From Desulfobulbus propionicus DSM 2032 (GTDB taxonomy: Bacteria > Desulfobacterota > Desulfobulbia > Desulfobulbales > Desulfobulbaceae), in the NCBI RefSeq assembly GCF_000186885.1, contig NC_014972.1, positions 2,730,001 to 2,762,000 of the forward strand: a DNA stretch of 32,000 nucleotides, read 5' to 3'. The notes under the pieces were generated by a model. It had not been told where the DNA came from. It saw only the letters and a program-made list of their open reading frames with translations, and did not search any database. Below, in pieces: positions 17,343 through 25,660 of the stretch (position 1 is its first letter; each line of letters begins with the position of its first letter). Position numbers and translations under genes: made by a program.

Positions 17343-18692
17343 CTATCGGACAAGCCCCTTGGGGAGCTTCCGCCGCTTGCCGCCACTCACGATGCCTTTG
17401 CCTTTCAGATTCTTCATCATTTTCAGCATCATGGTGTAACTCTTCAGAACCCGGTTGACCTCGGCGACCGAGGTTCCGGAACCATTGGCAATGCGCACCC
17501 GCCGACTGGCGTCGATGATTCTGTGATTGCGCCGCTCCTTGAGGGTCATGGAGCGAATGATCGCCTCGGTTTTCACTAGTTCTTTCTGATCCGGCTTGGG
17601 CGCGTCCTTCAGTTGCTTGAGTTTGTTGATCCCCGGAATCATGCCCATGATCTGTTCCAAGGTGCCCATCTTCTTGATCTGCTGGATCTGGTCGAGAAAA
17701 TCCTCCAGGGTAAAGGCGTTTTTCTGGATCTTCTTGGCCAGCCGCTCGGCATTCTTTTGATCAACGACCGCCTCGGCCTTCTCAATCAGCGACAGCACAT
17801 CGCCCATGCCGAGGATGCGCGAGGCCGCCCGGTCAGGATGAAAGACCTCCAAGGCCTCGACCGATTCACCGACACCGACGAACTTGATCGGCTTGCCCGT
17901 CACCTTCTTCACCGACAGGGCGGCGCCGCCACGGGCATCGCCTTCCATCTTGGTGAGAACAACGCCGGTGATCTCGAGGTCGGTATTGAATTTGTCGGCT
18001 ACGGTGACTGCGTCCTGGCCAGTCATGGCATCGGCGACAAACAACACCTCGGCCAAGGGAACTGTCCGACTGATCTCCTGCAACTCGGCCATCAAGGCTT
18101 CGTCCACATGGAGCCGACCGGCGGTATCAATGATGACGGTGTCGTAATGACCGGTCCTTGCCTCGGCCACGGCCTGACGGGCAATGTCCACCGGCTTTTG
18201 CTCGGTGGTGGAAGCATAAACCGGCACCCCAACCTGTTCACCGAGAACATGCAACTGCTCGATGGCTGCCGGCCGGTACACGTCGGCCGGCACCAAAAAG
18301 GGCGCGCGCCCCTTCTCCTTGAGCTGCTTGGCCAGCTTGGCGGCGGTGGTGGTCTTGCCCGAACCCTGCAGACCGGCCAGCATGATGACCACCGGCTGGC
18401 GGCCGTCGAGCTTGAGCGGCTCAGCCTGACTGCCGAGCAGTTCGACCAGCTCGTCGTGCACCACCTTGACCACCTGTTGACCGGGCGACAGACTGGTGAG
18501 CACCTCCCGGCCAATGGCTTTTTCGGTGACCGAGGCGATAAATTCCTTGACAACGCCGAAGTTGACATCCGCCTCAAGCAACGCAGTGCGCACCTCGCCC
18601 ATGGCTTCCTGAATGTTTTCTTCAGTGAGCCGGCCATGGCCGCGCAACTTCTTGAACGTGCTTTCGAGGCGGTCGGTTAAGTTCTCAAACAT
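17343..18692 (-). CDS. ffh: signal recognition particle protein Ffh
   Basis: MFENLTDRLESTFKKLRG is the N-domain. GLQGSGKTTT, DTAGR and TKMEGDARGG are the G-domain motifs, and the M-domain is Met-rich. ATG 18692 matches the canonical N-terminus. Confidence 0.95.
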   Translation of the reverse strand: MFENLTDRLESTFKKLRGHGRLTEENIQEAMGEVRTALLEADVNFGVVKEFIASVTEKAIGREVLTSLSPGQQVVKVVHDELVELLGSQAEPLKLDGRQPVVIMLAGLQGSGKTTTAAKLAKQLKEKGRAPFLVPADVYRPAAIEQLHVLGEQVGVPVYASTTEQKPVDIARQAVAEARTGHYDTVIIDTAGRLHVDEALMAELQEISRTVPLAEVLFVADAMTGQDAVTVADKFNTDLEITGVVLTKMEGDARGGAALSVKKVTGKPIKFVGVGESVEALEVFHPDRAASRILGMGDVLSLIEKAEAVVDQKNAERLAKKIQKNAFTLEDFLDQIQQIKKMGTLEQIMGMIPGINKLKQLKDAPKPDQKELVKTEAIIRSMTLKERRNHRIIDASRRVRIANGSGTSVAEVNRVLKSYTMMLKMMKNLKGKGIVSGGKRRKLPKGLVR

Positions 18693-18773
18693 ATTGACAT
18701 TGCTCAGTAAGCGGTGACTTCGGGGCAAACGCCGAAAAACGCCCGTCTCCGGTTCTCATTACGAAAATTGCGA

Positions 18774-18802
18774 TTAATACCCGACCTGCCCCCTATTGTC
18801 AA
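18774..18802 (-). promoter_or_regulatory. sigma-70-type promoter for the ffh-rpsP operon
   Basis: On the minus strand, TTGACA (18802-18797) is followed by a 17-nt spacer and TATTAA (18779-18774). It lies about 80 nt upstream of the ffh ATG. Confidence 0.6.
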
Positions 18803-18835
18803 GGGAGAAGAAAAACATGGTGGTCCGCGCTGTTA

Positions 18836-19783
18836 TCACCCGGCCAGCACCTCGGCGACCTTGTGGAGTCCCTCCGGACTGTCTGCCTGCAGGCAGGTAA
18901 TCGGCGTGTCCTTCGGCAGAATTTTTTTCATCATTCCAGTGAGGACGTTCTTCGGCCCCAATTCGACCACAACCTCCACTCCTTCGGCCACCATCCGCTC
19001 GATAATGGACAGCCACCGCACCCGCGAGGCGATCTGCCGGGCCATGATGTTCCGCATCGCCGAGGGATTCTGCTCATAGTCGCCGGTAACATTGAACAGG
19101 ACCGGCACTTGGGGGTGCTGGAACTCAATGCTGTTCATGTAGGCGGCGAAATCCTCCACCGCGCCCGCCACCAGAGGACTGTGGTTAGCCACGCTTACCT
19201 TAAGGGGAATCACCTTGGCGCCCTGGGCCGCACAGAGTTGGCCGATGGCTTCCAAGCCGGGAGCATCGCCCGACAGGACGATCTGGGAAGCCGTGTTGTG
19301 GTTGGCCACCACCGCCACGCCCGGACCAGTGAAGCGTTCGAGGAGCGCTTCCACGTCATTGATGGCCAAACCGACCACTGCCCGCATGCCGCCCGGATGG
19401 GCCGCGCCTTCCCGTTCCATCAGTTCCCCGCGCTTGGTCACCAGGGCTAGGGTGTCCTCCAGGGTCAAAACACCCGCCCCATGCAGGGCTGAATACTCGC
19501 CAAGGCTGTGACCGGCAAAAAAGGCGGGCTTGAATCCGGGCAGGAGTTTGAGCAGTTGCTGCCAACAAATCAAATTGATGACCGTCAAGGCCGGCTGCAG
19601 ATAGAGGACACGAGTCAGATCCTCCAACGGGCCTTCAAAGCAGAGTTTGCGCAACGGAAAGGCAGAGATGGTCTCGGCCAGATCCATCAAGACCGAGGCA
19701 TCTTGGTCCCGATTGACGAATTCCTGGCCCATGCCGATAAACTGGGACCCCTGTCCCGGAAAAATAATCGCTGTTTTTTTCAT
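18836..19783 (-). CDS. fabD: malonyl-CoA:ACP transacylase
   Basis: FPGQGSQFIGMG and GHSLGEYSAL (the active-site Ser) are present. ANHNTASQIVLSG and VANHSPL are also present. Confidence 0.85.
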   Translation of the reverse strand: MKKTAIIFPGQGSQFIGMGQEFVNRDQDASVLMDLAETISAFPLRKLCFEGPLEDLTRVLYLQPALTVINLICWQQLLKLLPGFKPAFFAGHSLGEYSALHGAGVLTLEDTLALVTKRGELMEREGAAHPGGMRAVVGLAINDVEALLERFTGPGVAVVANHNTASQIVLSGDAPGLEAIGQLCAAQGAKVIPLKVSVANHSPLVAGAVEDFAAYMNSIEFQHPQVPVLFNVTGDYEQNPSAMRNIMARQIASRVRWLSIIERMVAEGVEVVVELGPKNVLTGMMKKILPKDTPITCLQADSPEGLHKVAEVLAG

Positions 19784-19800
19784 GTGCTGACAAAAAAGGT

Positions 19801-20283
19801 TCAGGCCCGTTCGGACTGTTGCCGGTCGAACAGGAGGTTGTTGACAATAAAGAGGATCACGCCGACCGTGATCGCCGAGTCGGCGATATTAAAGGCCGGC
19901 CAGTGGTACGTGCCGACGTAGACGTCAAGAAAGTCAATCACGAATCCGAAGCGGATGCGGTCGATCAGGTTGCCGATGGCGCCGCCGGCGATCAGGGCCA
20001 AGCCCAGGGTATAGGCCATGCTGCGGCGGCCGAAGCTCCGCTGGGCGATCCAGATGAACACCAGGGCCGCACCAGCGGCGGCGATGAAAAAGACCTGTCG
20101 CCACAGAGCGGGCTGCCCCGCGAGAATACTGAAGGCGGCGCCATTGTTGGTCAAATAGGTCAGGTTGAACAGGTCGGGAATGACCACCCGGCTCTCATGG
20201 AGCACAAAGTGGTGCATGATCCAGAACTTGGTTGCCTGATCAAGACCAATGACAGTCAGAATGACGGTGAAAAAAAAGAGCAT
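19801..20283 (-). CDS. lspA: lipoprotein signal peptidase (signal peptidase II)
   Basis: The 160-aa protein has four hydrophobic segments. Motifs LDQATKFW, NNGAAFS and FNIADSAI are present. It lies immediately downstream of ileS, as in many bacteria. Confidence 0.9.
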   Translation of the reverse strand: MLFFFTVILTVIGLDQATKFWIMHHFVLHESRVVIPDLFNLTYLTNNGAAFSILAGQPALWRQVFFIAAAGAALVFIWIAQRSFGRRSMAYTLGLALIAGGAIGNLIDRIRFGFVIDFLDVYVGTYHWPAFNIADSAITVGVILFIVNNLLFDRQQSERA

Positions 20284-20295
20284 CGGGAATCCGCG

Positions 20296-23109
20296 TTATC
20301 CCGCCAACTGACGAACCACGGCGGCGCAACGGGCACAGAGCGACGGATGCTCGTGATCCTCGCCAACCGAGGTGGCGATCGTCCAGCAGCGCTCGCACTT
20401 GGCGCCAGGAGCAGGATGAACGGCAATTTCCAAACCGGGGATACCCTCCGCCTCGACAAAGGCAAATCCGCCCTCCCCCGGCTGCGCACTCCGCAGGCTG
20501 GAAACAATGCACAATTCCCGCAACTGGTCCAGACTGCCATTCAGGAATCCAGCCCACTCAGTGTTGCCCCGCAACACCACCTCCGCATCGAGACCAAGGC
20601 CAATGACCTTGTCCCGCCGCGCCCCCTCCAGCACCCGGGTAATGGCACCGCGCAGGGTGAGCAACTTGGTCCAGCGCTCCTCAAAGGCAGTGTCCTTGCC
20701 AATATCGTCAACCGGCGCGAACCGGGTGAAGAAAATCGACTGCTCCAAGGGCGTATTGTCCGACAGCCCATGCAGATGTTCCCAGGCCTCGGCGGCGGTG
20801 AAGCAGAGGATCGGCGACATCAGCCGCAGCAGGCCATCGAGAATGCGGTAGATCACGGTCTGAGCCGCCCGCCGCTCCGGGCCAGCTGGCGCCGAGCAGT
20901 AGAGCCGGTCCTTGAGCACATCCATGTAGATGCTCGAGATGGTGGTGCCGCAGAAGTTGTGCAGCGCATGGTAAATGGCATGGAATTCATAGCGGTCGTA
21001 GGCACGGGTGACCCGCTCGCTCAGCTCCGCATACTTGGCCAACGCCCACCTGTCGATTTCCTGGAGGTCGGAAACGTCGACCGCATCGCGTTCCGGGGCA
21101 AAGTCGTAGAGATTCGAGAGGAGAAACCGCAGGGTATTGCGCATCTTGCGGTAGGCATCGGAAACGTGCTTGAGGATCTCATCCGAGACCTTGACGTCGT
21201 CCTGATAGTTCTCGCTGGCCACCCACAGGCGGAGGACCTCGGCGCCGTACTGGTCAATGACTTGCTGGGGCGCGACCACGTTGCCCACGGATTTCGACAT
21301 TTTCTTGCCTTGACCGTCGACCACGTAGCCGTGGGTCAGTACCCCCTGGTATGGAGCCCGGCCCCTGGTGCCCACCGAGGTGAGCAGCGAGGATTGGAAC
21401 CAGCCGCGGTGCTGGTCGCTGCCCTCGAGGTAGAGATCGGCCGGCCAGCGCAGTTCCGGGCGCTGTTCGACCACCGCCGCATGGCTGACCCCGGAATCGA
21501 ACCAGACATCGAGAATGTCGGATTCCTTTTTGAACTCGCGGCCGCCGCAGGAACACGCCACTCCTTCGGGAACAAAGTCGGCGGCCTCGTGCTTGAACCA
21601 GGCATCCGCGCCCTCGCTCATGAACAGTTCGTCGATCCGGGCACACACCGTCTCGTTTTTCAGGATTTCCCCGCAGGCGGCACAAGTGAGCACGGTCACT
21701 GGCACGCCCCAGGAGCGCTGACGGGACAGGCACCAGTCGGGCCGGGCCTCGACCATACCGTAGATACGCTGCTGGCCCCATGCCGGGGTCCATTGCACCT
21801 CGTTGATCGCGGACAGGGCCTTGGCGCGCAGCTGCAGGTTGTCCATGGAAATAAACCACTGGGCCGTGGCCCGGTAGATGACCGGTTCCTTGCAGCGCCA
21901 GCAGTGCGGATAGCTGTGCCGGATCGAGGCCTCCTTGACCAGCGAGCCTGCGGCAGCCATGTCGGCGATGATCTGGCTGTTGACCTGCGGCACCGGCTGT
22001 CCCGCGTATCGCCCAGCTTCCGCCGTGTACCGGCCAGCGTCGTCCACCGGCGAGAGGATGTCCAGACCGTAGCGCAGACCGGTGAGGTAGTCGTCGGTGC
22101 CGTGGCCGGGCGCGGTGTGGACACAACCGGTGCCCGAATCGGCGGTGACATAGTCGGCCAGCACCAGCAGTGCATCACGCTCCATGAATGGGTGGCGGCA
22201 GCGTTTGTTTTCCAGGCTGCTGGCGGAAAAGGTGGCGATGCTCGCATACTGGTCGATGCCGAACTGCTCCATGCAGGGGGCTACCAGCTCCTTGGCCAGA
22301 ATCCAGGTCTCGTCGCCAACGGCGACCGCCGCGTATTCGAAATCGGGATGAAAGGCGATCGCCAGGTTGGCCGGCAGGGTCCAGGGAGTGGTGGTCCAGA
22401 TGAGCACCGATACCGAACGGCCCGCCAGTTGCGGCGCGACCTCGCCCAGATCGTCGACCACCGGAAATTTGACATAGACCGACGGCGAGGTGTGATCGGC
22501 ATAGTCGACCTCGGCCTCGGCCAAGGCGGTACCGCAGGTGGCGCACCAATAGACCGGTTTTTTCGAACGGACCACCGCGCCGGAAAGAAGGAATTTGTTG
22601 AACTCCCGGGCGATGATCGCCTCGTAGGGGAAGCTCATGGTCAGGTAGGGGTTGGACCAGTCGCCGAGCACGCCGAGACGTTTAAACTGCTCGCGCTGGG
22701 TTTTGATCCATTTTTCGGCATAGCTGCGGCAGGCGGACCGTTTGCCCAGGGTGGAAATGGCCTGTTTCTTGGCGCCCAACTCCAGGTCGACATTGTGCTC
22801 GATGGGCAGACCGTGACAGTCCCAACCGGGAATATAGGGAGCGTTGAACCCGGCCATCCGCTTGGAGCGGAGGATAATGTCCTTGAGCACCTTGTTGAAG
22901 GCGGTGCCCAGATGGATGTTGCCGTTGGCATACGGGGGGCCATCATGGAGGATGAACAACGGCCGATCGGCCATCATCTGCTGCAACCGCTGATAGAGGT
23001 TTTCCTTATCCCAGCGCTTGAGCACCATTGGCTCCCGCTGGGTGAGGTTGGCCTTCATTTTGAACTTGGTCTGCGGCAGATTCAGTGTTTCCCTGTAATC
23101 CATGGTCAT
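20296..23109 (-). CDS. ileS: isoleucine--tRNA ligase
   Basis: The HIGH-type motif is PYANGNIHLGT and KMSKS is present. The CP1 editing domain is present, and the C-terminal Zn motif is CERCW...CARC. The start could be ATG 23109 or ATG 23103; AGGA placement favours the latter. Confidence 0.95.
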   Translation of the reverse strand: MTMDYRETLNLPQTKFKMKANLTQREPMVLKRWDKENLYQRLQQMMADRPLFILHDGPPYANGNIHLGTAFNKVLKDIILRSKRMAGFNAPYIPGWDCHGLPIEHNVDLELGAKKQAISTLGKRSACRSYAEKWIKTQREQFKRLGVLGDWSNPYLTMSFPYEAIIAREFNKFLLSGAVVRSKKPVYWCATCGTALAEAEVDYADHTSPSVYVKFPVVDDLGEVAPQLAGRSVSVLIWTTTPWTLPANLAIAFHPDFEYAAVAVGDETWILAKELVAPCMEQFGIDQYASIATFSASSLENKRCRHPFMERDALLVLADYVTADSGTGCVHTAPGHGTDDYLTGLRYGLDILSPVDDAGRYTAEAGRYAGQPVPQVNSQIIADMAAAGSLVKEASIRHSYPHCWRCKEPVIYRATAQWFISMDNLQLRAKALSAINEVQWTPAWGQQRIYGMVEARPDWCLSRQRSWGVPVTVLTCAACGEILKNETVCARIDELFMSEGADAWFKHEAADFVPEGVACSCGGREFKKESDILDVWFDSGVSHAAVVEQRPELRWPADLYLEGSDQHRGWFQSSLLTSVGTRGRAPYQGVLTHGYVVDGQGKKMSKSVGNVVAPQQVIDQYGAEVLRLWVASENYQDDVKVSDEILKHVSDAYRKMRNTLRFLLSNLYDFAPERDAVDVSDLQEIDRWALAKYAELSERVTRAYDRYEFHAIYHALHNFCGTTISSIYMDVLKDRLYCSAPAGPERRAAQTVIYRILDGLLRLMSPILCFTAAEAWEHLHGLSDNTPLEQSIFFTRFAPVDDIGKDTAFEERWTKLLTLRGAITRVLEGARRDKVIGLGLDAEVVLRGNTEWAGFLNGSLDQLRELCIVSSLRSAQPGEGGFAFVEAEGIPGLEIAVHPAPGAKCERCWTIATSVGEDHEHPSLCARCAAVVRQLAG

Positions 23110-23169
23110 TCCTGATTGGCAAAAAGAAAAAGAAATGCGGCCGGAGCCGGGCCGTCCACAAAGCAGTGG

Positions 23170-23197
23170 ATTTTACCAAGCCCGCTTGAATGTGCAA
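23170..23197 (-). promoter_or_regulatory. sigma-70-type promoter for ileS-lspA-fabD
   Basis: On the minus strand, TTGCAC (23197-23192) is followed by a 16-nt spacer and TAAAAT (23175-23170). It lies about 60 nt upstream of the ileS start. Confidence 0.5.
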
Positions 23198-23348
23198 GGG
23201 AAAAGGGGGGAAGACCGGGCAAGGAACCCGTCGGCACGCGGGCGGCACGAGAGCACATCCCGGCTTGTCCTTTTACCGGGCCCGTTGTATCTTGACCGGA
23301 CGAGAAAAAGAGCCCCTCCCAAACCCTTTCTGCCCATGGAGCAGTAGC

Positions 23349-23903
23349 GTGAAAGCCGAAAAAACCCAATTCTCTTGTGTGGCCTGCGGCCAGCAACAGC
23401 CGGAGCTTTCCTTGGAGAATGGCTATTGTCCGGCCTGCGAGGCCATTGCCCGCATTGTGCGGGAACAGCCGGAAATGGTGCGGCAGCTGTGGCTGCGGCT
23501 GCACAATGAGCCGATTCTCCCGGAGGCGGTTCCCCGTTCGATCGAAAGCGAGGCCGAGTTGCCCGATGTGCTTGACGGCAAGCGCTACCGGACCATCGAT
23601 CGCGACCGCAACAAGTGGTACCTGTCGGTAAGCGAGGTCAACGGCAAGCCGGTGGAGGTGTTTGCCTCGACCGCCTTTGACCGCGACCATGAACTGCAGT
23701 CGCGCATCTCCAACCTGACCACCATCACCCGGTTGATCTCCCTGATCCTCAGACACATCTTCCTCGGCGAACCCCTCACCTTCGACAAGTGCCTCAAGCA
23801 GATCCAGCGCAGTTCACGGCAGAAAAACGACCTGCCCGACATGCTCTATGGGGTGCTGAGCCGTTATAACGTGCCGCGCCAAAAGAGCGACGAGCCGCGC
23901 TAA
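23349..23903 (+). CDS. stand-alone zinc-ribbon protein with a class II ribonucleotide reductase C-terminal/TSCPD-like domain (function unknown)
   Basis: GTG at 23349 is preceded by GGAG at a 7-nt spacing. The N-terminal CxxC-N15-CxxC reads FSCVACG...GYCPACE. The core GKRYRTIDRDRNKWYLSVSEVNGKPVEVFASTA...TITRLISLILRH resembles the NrdJ C-terminal segment (G.TYKI...LYITVN...GKPFEVF...RLISLALR). The ATG at 23190 offered by the track would overlap the ileS promoter and add a low-complexity N-terminus. Confidence 0.55.
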   Translation: MKAEKTQFSCVACGQQQPELSLENGYCPACEAIARIVREQPEMVRQLWLRLHNEPILPEAVPRSIESEAELPDVLDGKRYRTIDRDRNKWYLSVSEVNGKPVEVFASTAFDRDHELQSRISNLTTITRLISLILRHIFLGEPLTFDKCLKQIQRSSRQKNDLPDMLYGVLSRYNVPRQKSDEPR

Positions 23904-23983
23904 CCGCGGGTCCACCGAAGAACAAGCGCAGTCATCGGGTTATTCCGCCGTTCTGCGGCTTTCATGGCACGCCAGCAATTATT

Positions 23984-24364
23984 TTACAGTTTTTCCATGA
24001 ATTTTTTCGGATCAATGATAAACCGTTCATGGCGACCGCGGCCGATCTCCCCCTTCTCGTCGTAGGCCAGCAGTTCAAACACCAGCCGCCTGCGATCAAC
24101 CTCGACCAAGGTGGATTCGCAGGTGACCTTCATGCCCACCGGGGTGGCCTTGCCGTGGCTGATATCCACCTTGATGCCCACCGTGCCGAAGCCTTCGGGC
24201 AGATAGGGAAGCACCGATTTGAGGCAGGTTTTTTCCATCAGGGCCACCATGGCCGGGGTGGCATAGACCTCGACCAAGCCGCTGCCGTACTTGGCGGCGG
24301 TTTCCTCGAAGGTGACCACCAGCTCTTCCTTACCCTTGATACCCGTGGGGATCTGAATATCCAT
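23984..24364 (-). CDS. hot-dog fold thioesterase, FlK-like family
   Basis: YGSGLVEVYATPAMVALMEKTC...GFGTVGIKVDISHGKATPVGMKVTCESTLVEVDRRRLVFELLAYDEKGEIGRGRHERFII matches the conserved pattern of this small thioesterase family. ATG 24364 follows AAGGAGA. Confidence 0.8.
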   Translation of the reverse strand: MDIQIPTGIKGKEELVVTFEETAAKYGSGLVEVYATPAMVALMEKTCLKSVLPYLPEGFGTVGIKVDISHGKATPVGMKVTCESTLVEVDRRRLVFELLAYDEKGEIGRGRHERFIIDPKKFMEKL

Positions 24365-24463
24365 ATCGCTTTCTCCTTGCCGTAGCTGCGGGCTCTGTGC
24401 ATGCCCCCGGCACACTCTCCGGAGGACGCAGGGTTCAATCGCAAAAACATTCGTGAATTTGAG

Positions 24464-24492
24464 CTTATATCAGCAGATCCCCAACCCGTCAA
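24464..24492 (-). promoter_or_regulatory. sigma-70-type promoter for the thioesterase gene
   Basis: On the minus strand, TTGACG (24492-24487) is followed by a 17-nt spacer and TATAAG (24469-24464). The predicted 5' UTR is about 95 nt. Confidence 0.5.
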
Positions 24493-24550
24493 GCGGCAAC
24501 AGCCGTCCCGATCCTTACCACCGTGTTACACCCCCATGGCGCTCGCAGGC

Positions 24551-25660
24551 TCAGGCAACCAGATCCAGTTGCTGGATCGTGCCCGCCCCGCCCTGCTCGA
24601 AGAGAAAGAGTCCGGTGGCCCGAACCTGTCCCTGCAATTCATTGCTGCTGTCTTTGATGCTAAACGGCGTGTCGATGCGGCCAAGATAGATCGCGCCGAC
24701 TCCCTTTTCCCCAAGCATCAGCAGGTGATCCTCGCCGGAAGCGGTCCGGGTCCAGATTCGCAAACGGGAATAGATCTCGTCACCTTCATCGATCCAGCCG
24801 TTTCCGTCCCCATCATGGGCGGCCAGGTCGGCAAAGCCGTCACCGCTTTGCGCGCCGAACAACTCGCTGCCGTTGTTGATCATCCCGTCGTTGTTGCCAT
24901 CCAGGGCAAGAAAACCTGAACCGGGCCGGACAAAGGCGATCTGATCCTCGCTGCCGTCGGCATCGATGTCAAAACTGAAGGTGTCCTGGGTCAGTTGCGC
25001 AGCGGTCCCGTCGAACTGGATCACCAAGGGATCCTTGAGGACCGCGTCACCGAATTGCAGACTTTCGCTCAGGGTGCTGGTGAAGCTGCGGCTCATGGTC
25101 AACTCAAGGTCGATCTGGACCTGCTGGCCATCGGCGGTGACCACCTGCCCCTGGGCGGCGAACCGGGTGGTTTCGGACTCGTGATAGGTTTCGCGGCGCT
25201 CGTAATTCAACCCCCAACCGCTCTGCTGCGGCGCTGGCTGTGCTTGCGATCCCTCCACCGGGGGCGACGGCTGCGCGGCGGGTGGTTGCGGTTGCCCATC
25301 CCCCTGTAGATTGGCGACCTTGAATTTACGGCCGGTGAGCTTCTCGAACAGGGCCTTGAGAATCCGCATGTTGAGGTCGGTCATCAGTTCTCCGTCCTCT
25401 CCGCGTGCGGCCACCTCAGCGGTCTCGGCGGCAGGGGCGGCCACCGCCTGCTGCTGGGCCTGGGCGGAAAGGCTGACCTTGACCGCCTCCTTGGCGAGCT
25501 TCTCGGCCTGCTGCTTCACGTGTTCGTCTTGGGCGTTCTTCCGGTCCACGCGGACCGGTTCCTTGCCCTGCCGCCAAACGGTCAGCGACTCCTGGCGCTC
25601 AAGATGTTCGATGGCGGCATGCGAACTGGTGAACTGGATGGAGGATTCGGCGATGTGCAT
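24551..25660 (-). CDS. hypothetical protein with C-terminal DxDxDG calcium-binding loop repeats and no recognisable signal peptide
   Basis: Three EF-hand/RTX-adhesin-like loops are present: DIDADGSEDQI, LDGNNDGMINNGSELFG and HDGDGNGWIDEGDE. The middle region is Gln/Pro/Ala-rich. ATG 25660 (MHIAESSIQF) has a GGAAGGGA upstream; ATG 25753 is an alternative with no SD. Confidence 0.65.
   Translation of the reverse strand: MHIAESSIQFTSSHAAIEHLERQESLTVWRQGKEPVRVDRKNAQDEHVKQQAEKLAKEAVKVSLSAQAQQQAVAAPAAETAEVAARGEDGELMTDLNMRILKALFEKLTGRKFKVANLQGDGQPQPPAAQPSPPVEGSQAQPAPQQSGWGLNYERRETYHESETTRFAAQGQVVTADGQQVQIDLELTMSRSFTSTLSESLQFGDAVLKDPLVIQFDGTAAQLTQDTFSFDIDADGSEDQIAFVRPGSGFLALDGNNDGMINNGSELFGAQSGDGFADLAAHDGDGNGWIDEGDEIYSRLRIWTRTASGEDHLLMLGEKGVGAIYLGRIDTPFSIKDSSNELQGQVRATGLFLFEQGGAGTIQQLDLVA

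Noticed and set aside
19819-23115. 1098-aa ORF on the plus strand opposite ileS. Similar long antisense ORFs lie at 1871-3241, 3444-4790, 17613-18680, 26684-28447 and 30591-31610.
   Set aside because: Each lies exactly antisense to a gene with unmistakable conserved motifs (IleRS, PBP4, TrpB2, Ffh, PsrA-like, MotB/A-like). Their translations are Gly/Arg/Pro/Ala/His-rich low-complexity strings with no motifs. Stop-poor antisense frames are expected at this GC content.
23110-23348. T-box riboswitch or Ile leader-peptide attenuator in the 239-bp ileS upstream gap.
   Set aside because: There is no T-box sequence (AAUUAGGGUGGNACCGCG-like) and no specifier-loop architecture. There is no short ORF with Ile codons between the promoter and the start. 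Only a small hairpin plus U-tract is present, and that is reported separately at low interest.
24425-24445. GGTTCAATC resembling a tRNA T-loop in the thioesterase upstream region.
   Set aside because: The flanking bases cannot form the 5-bp T-stem (CAGGG against GCAAA). No acceptor, D or anticodon arms can be drawn. It is not a tRNA.
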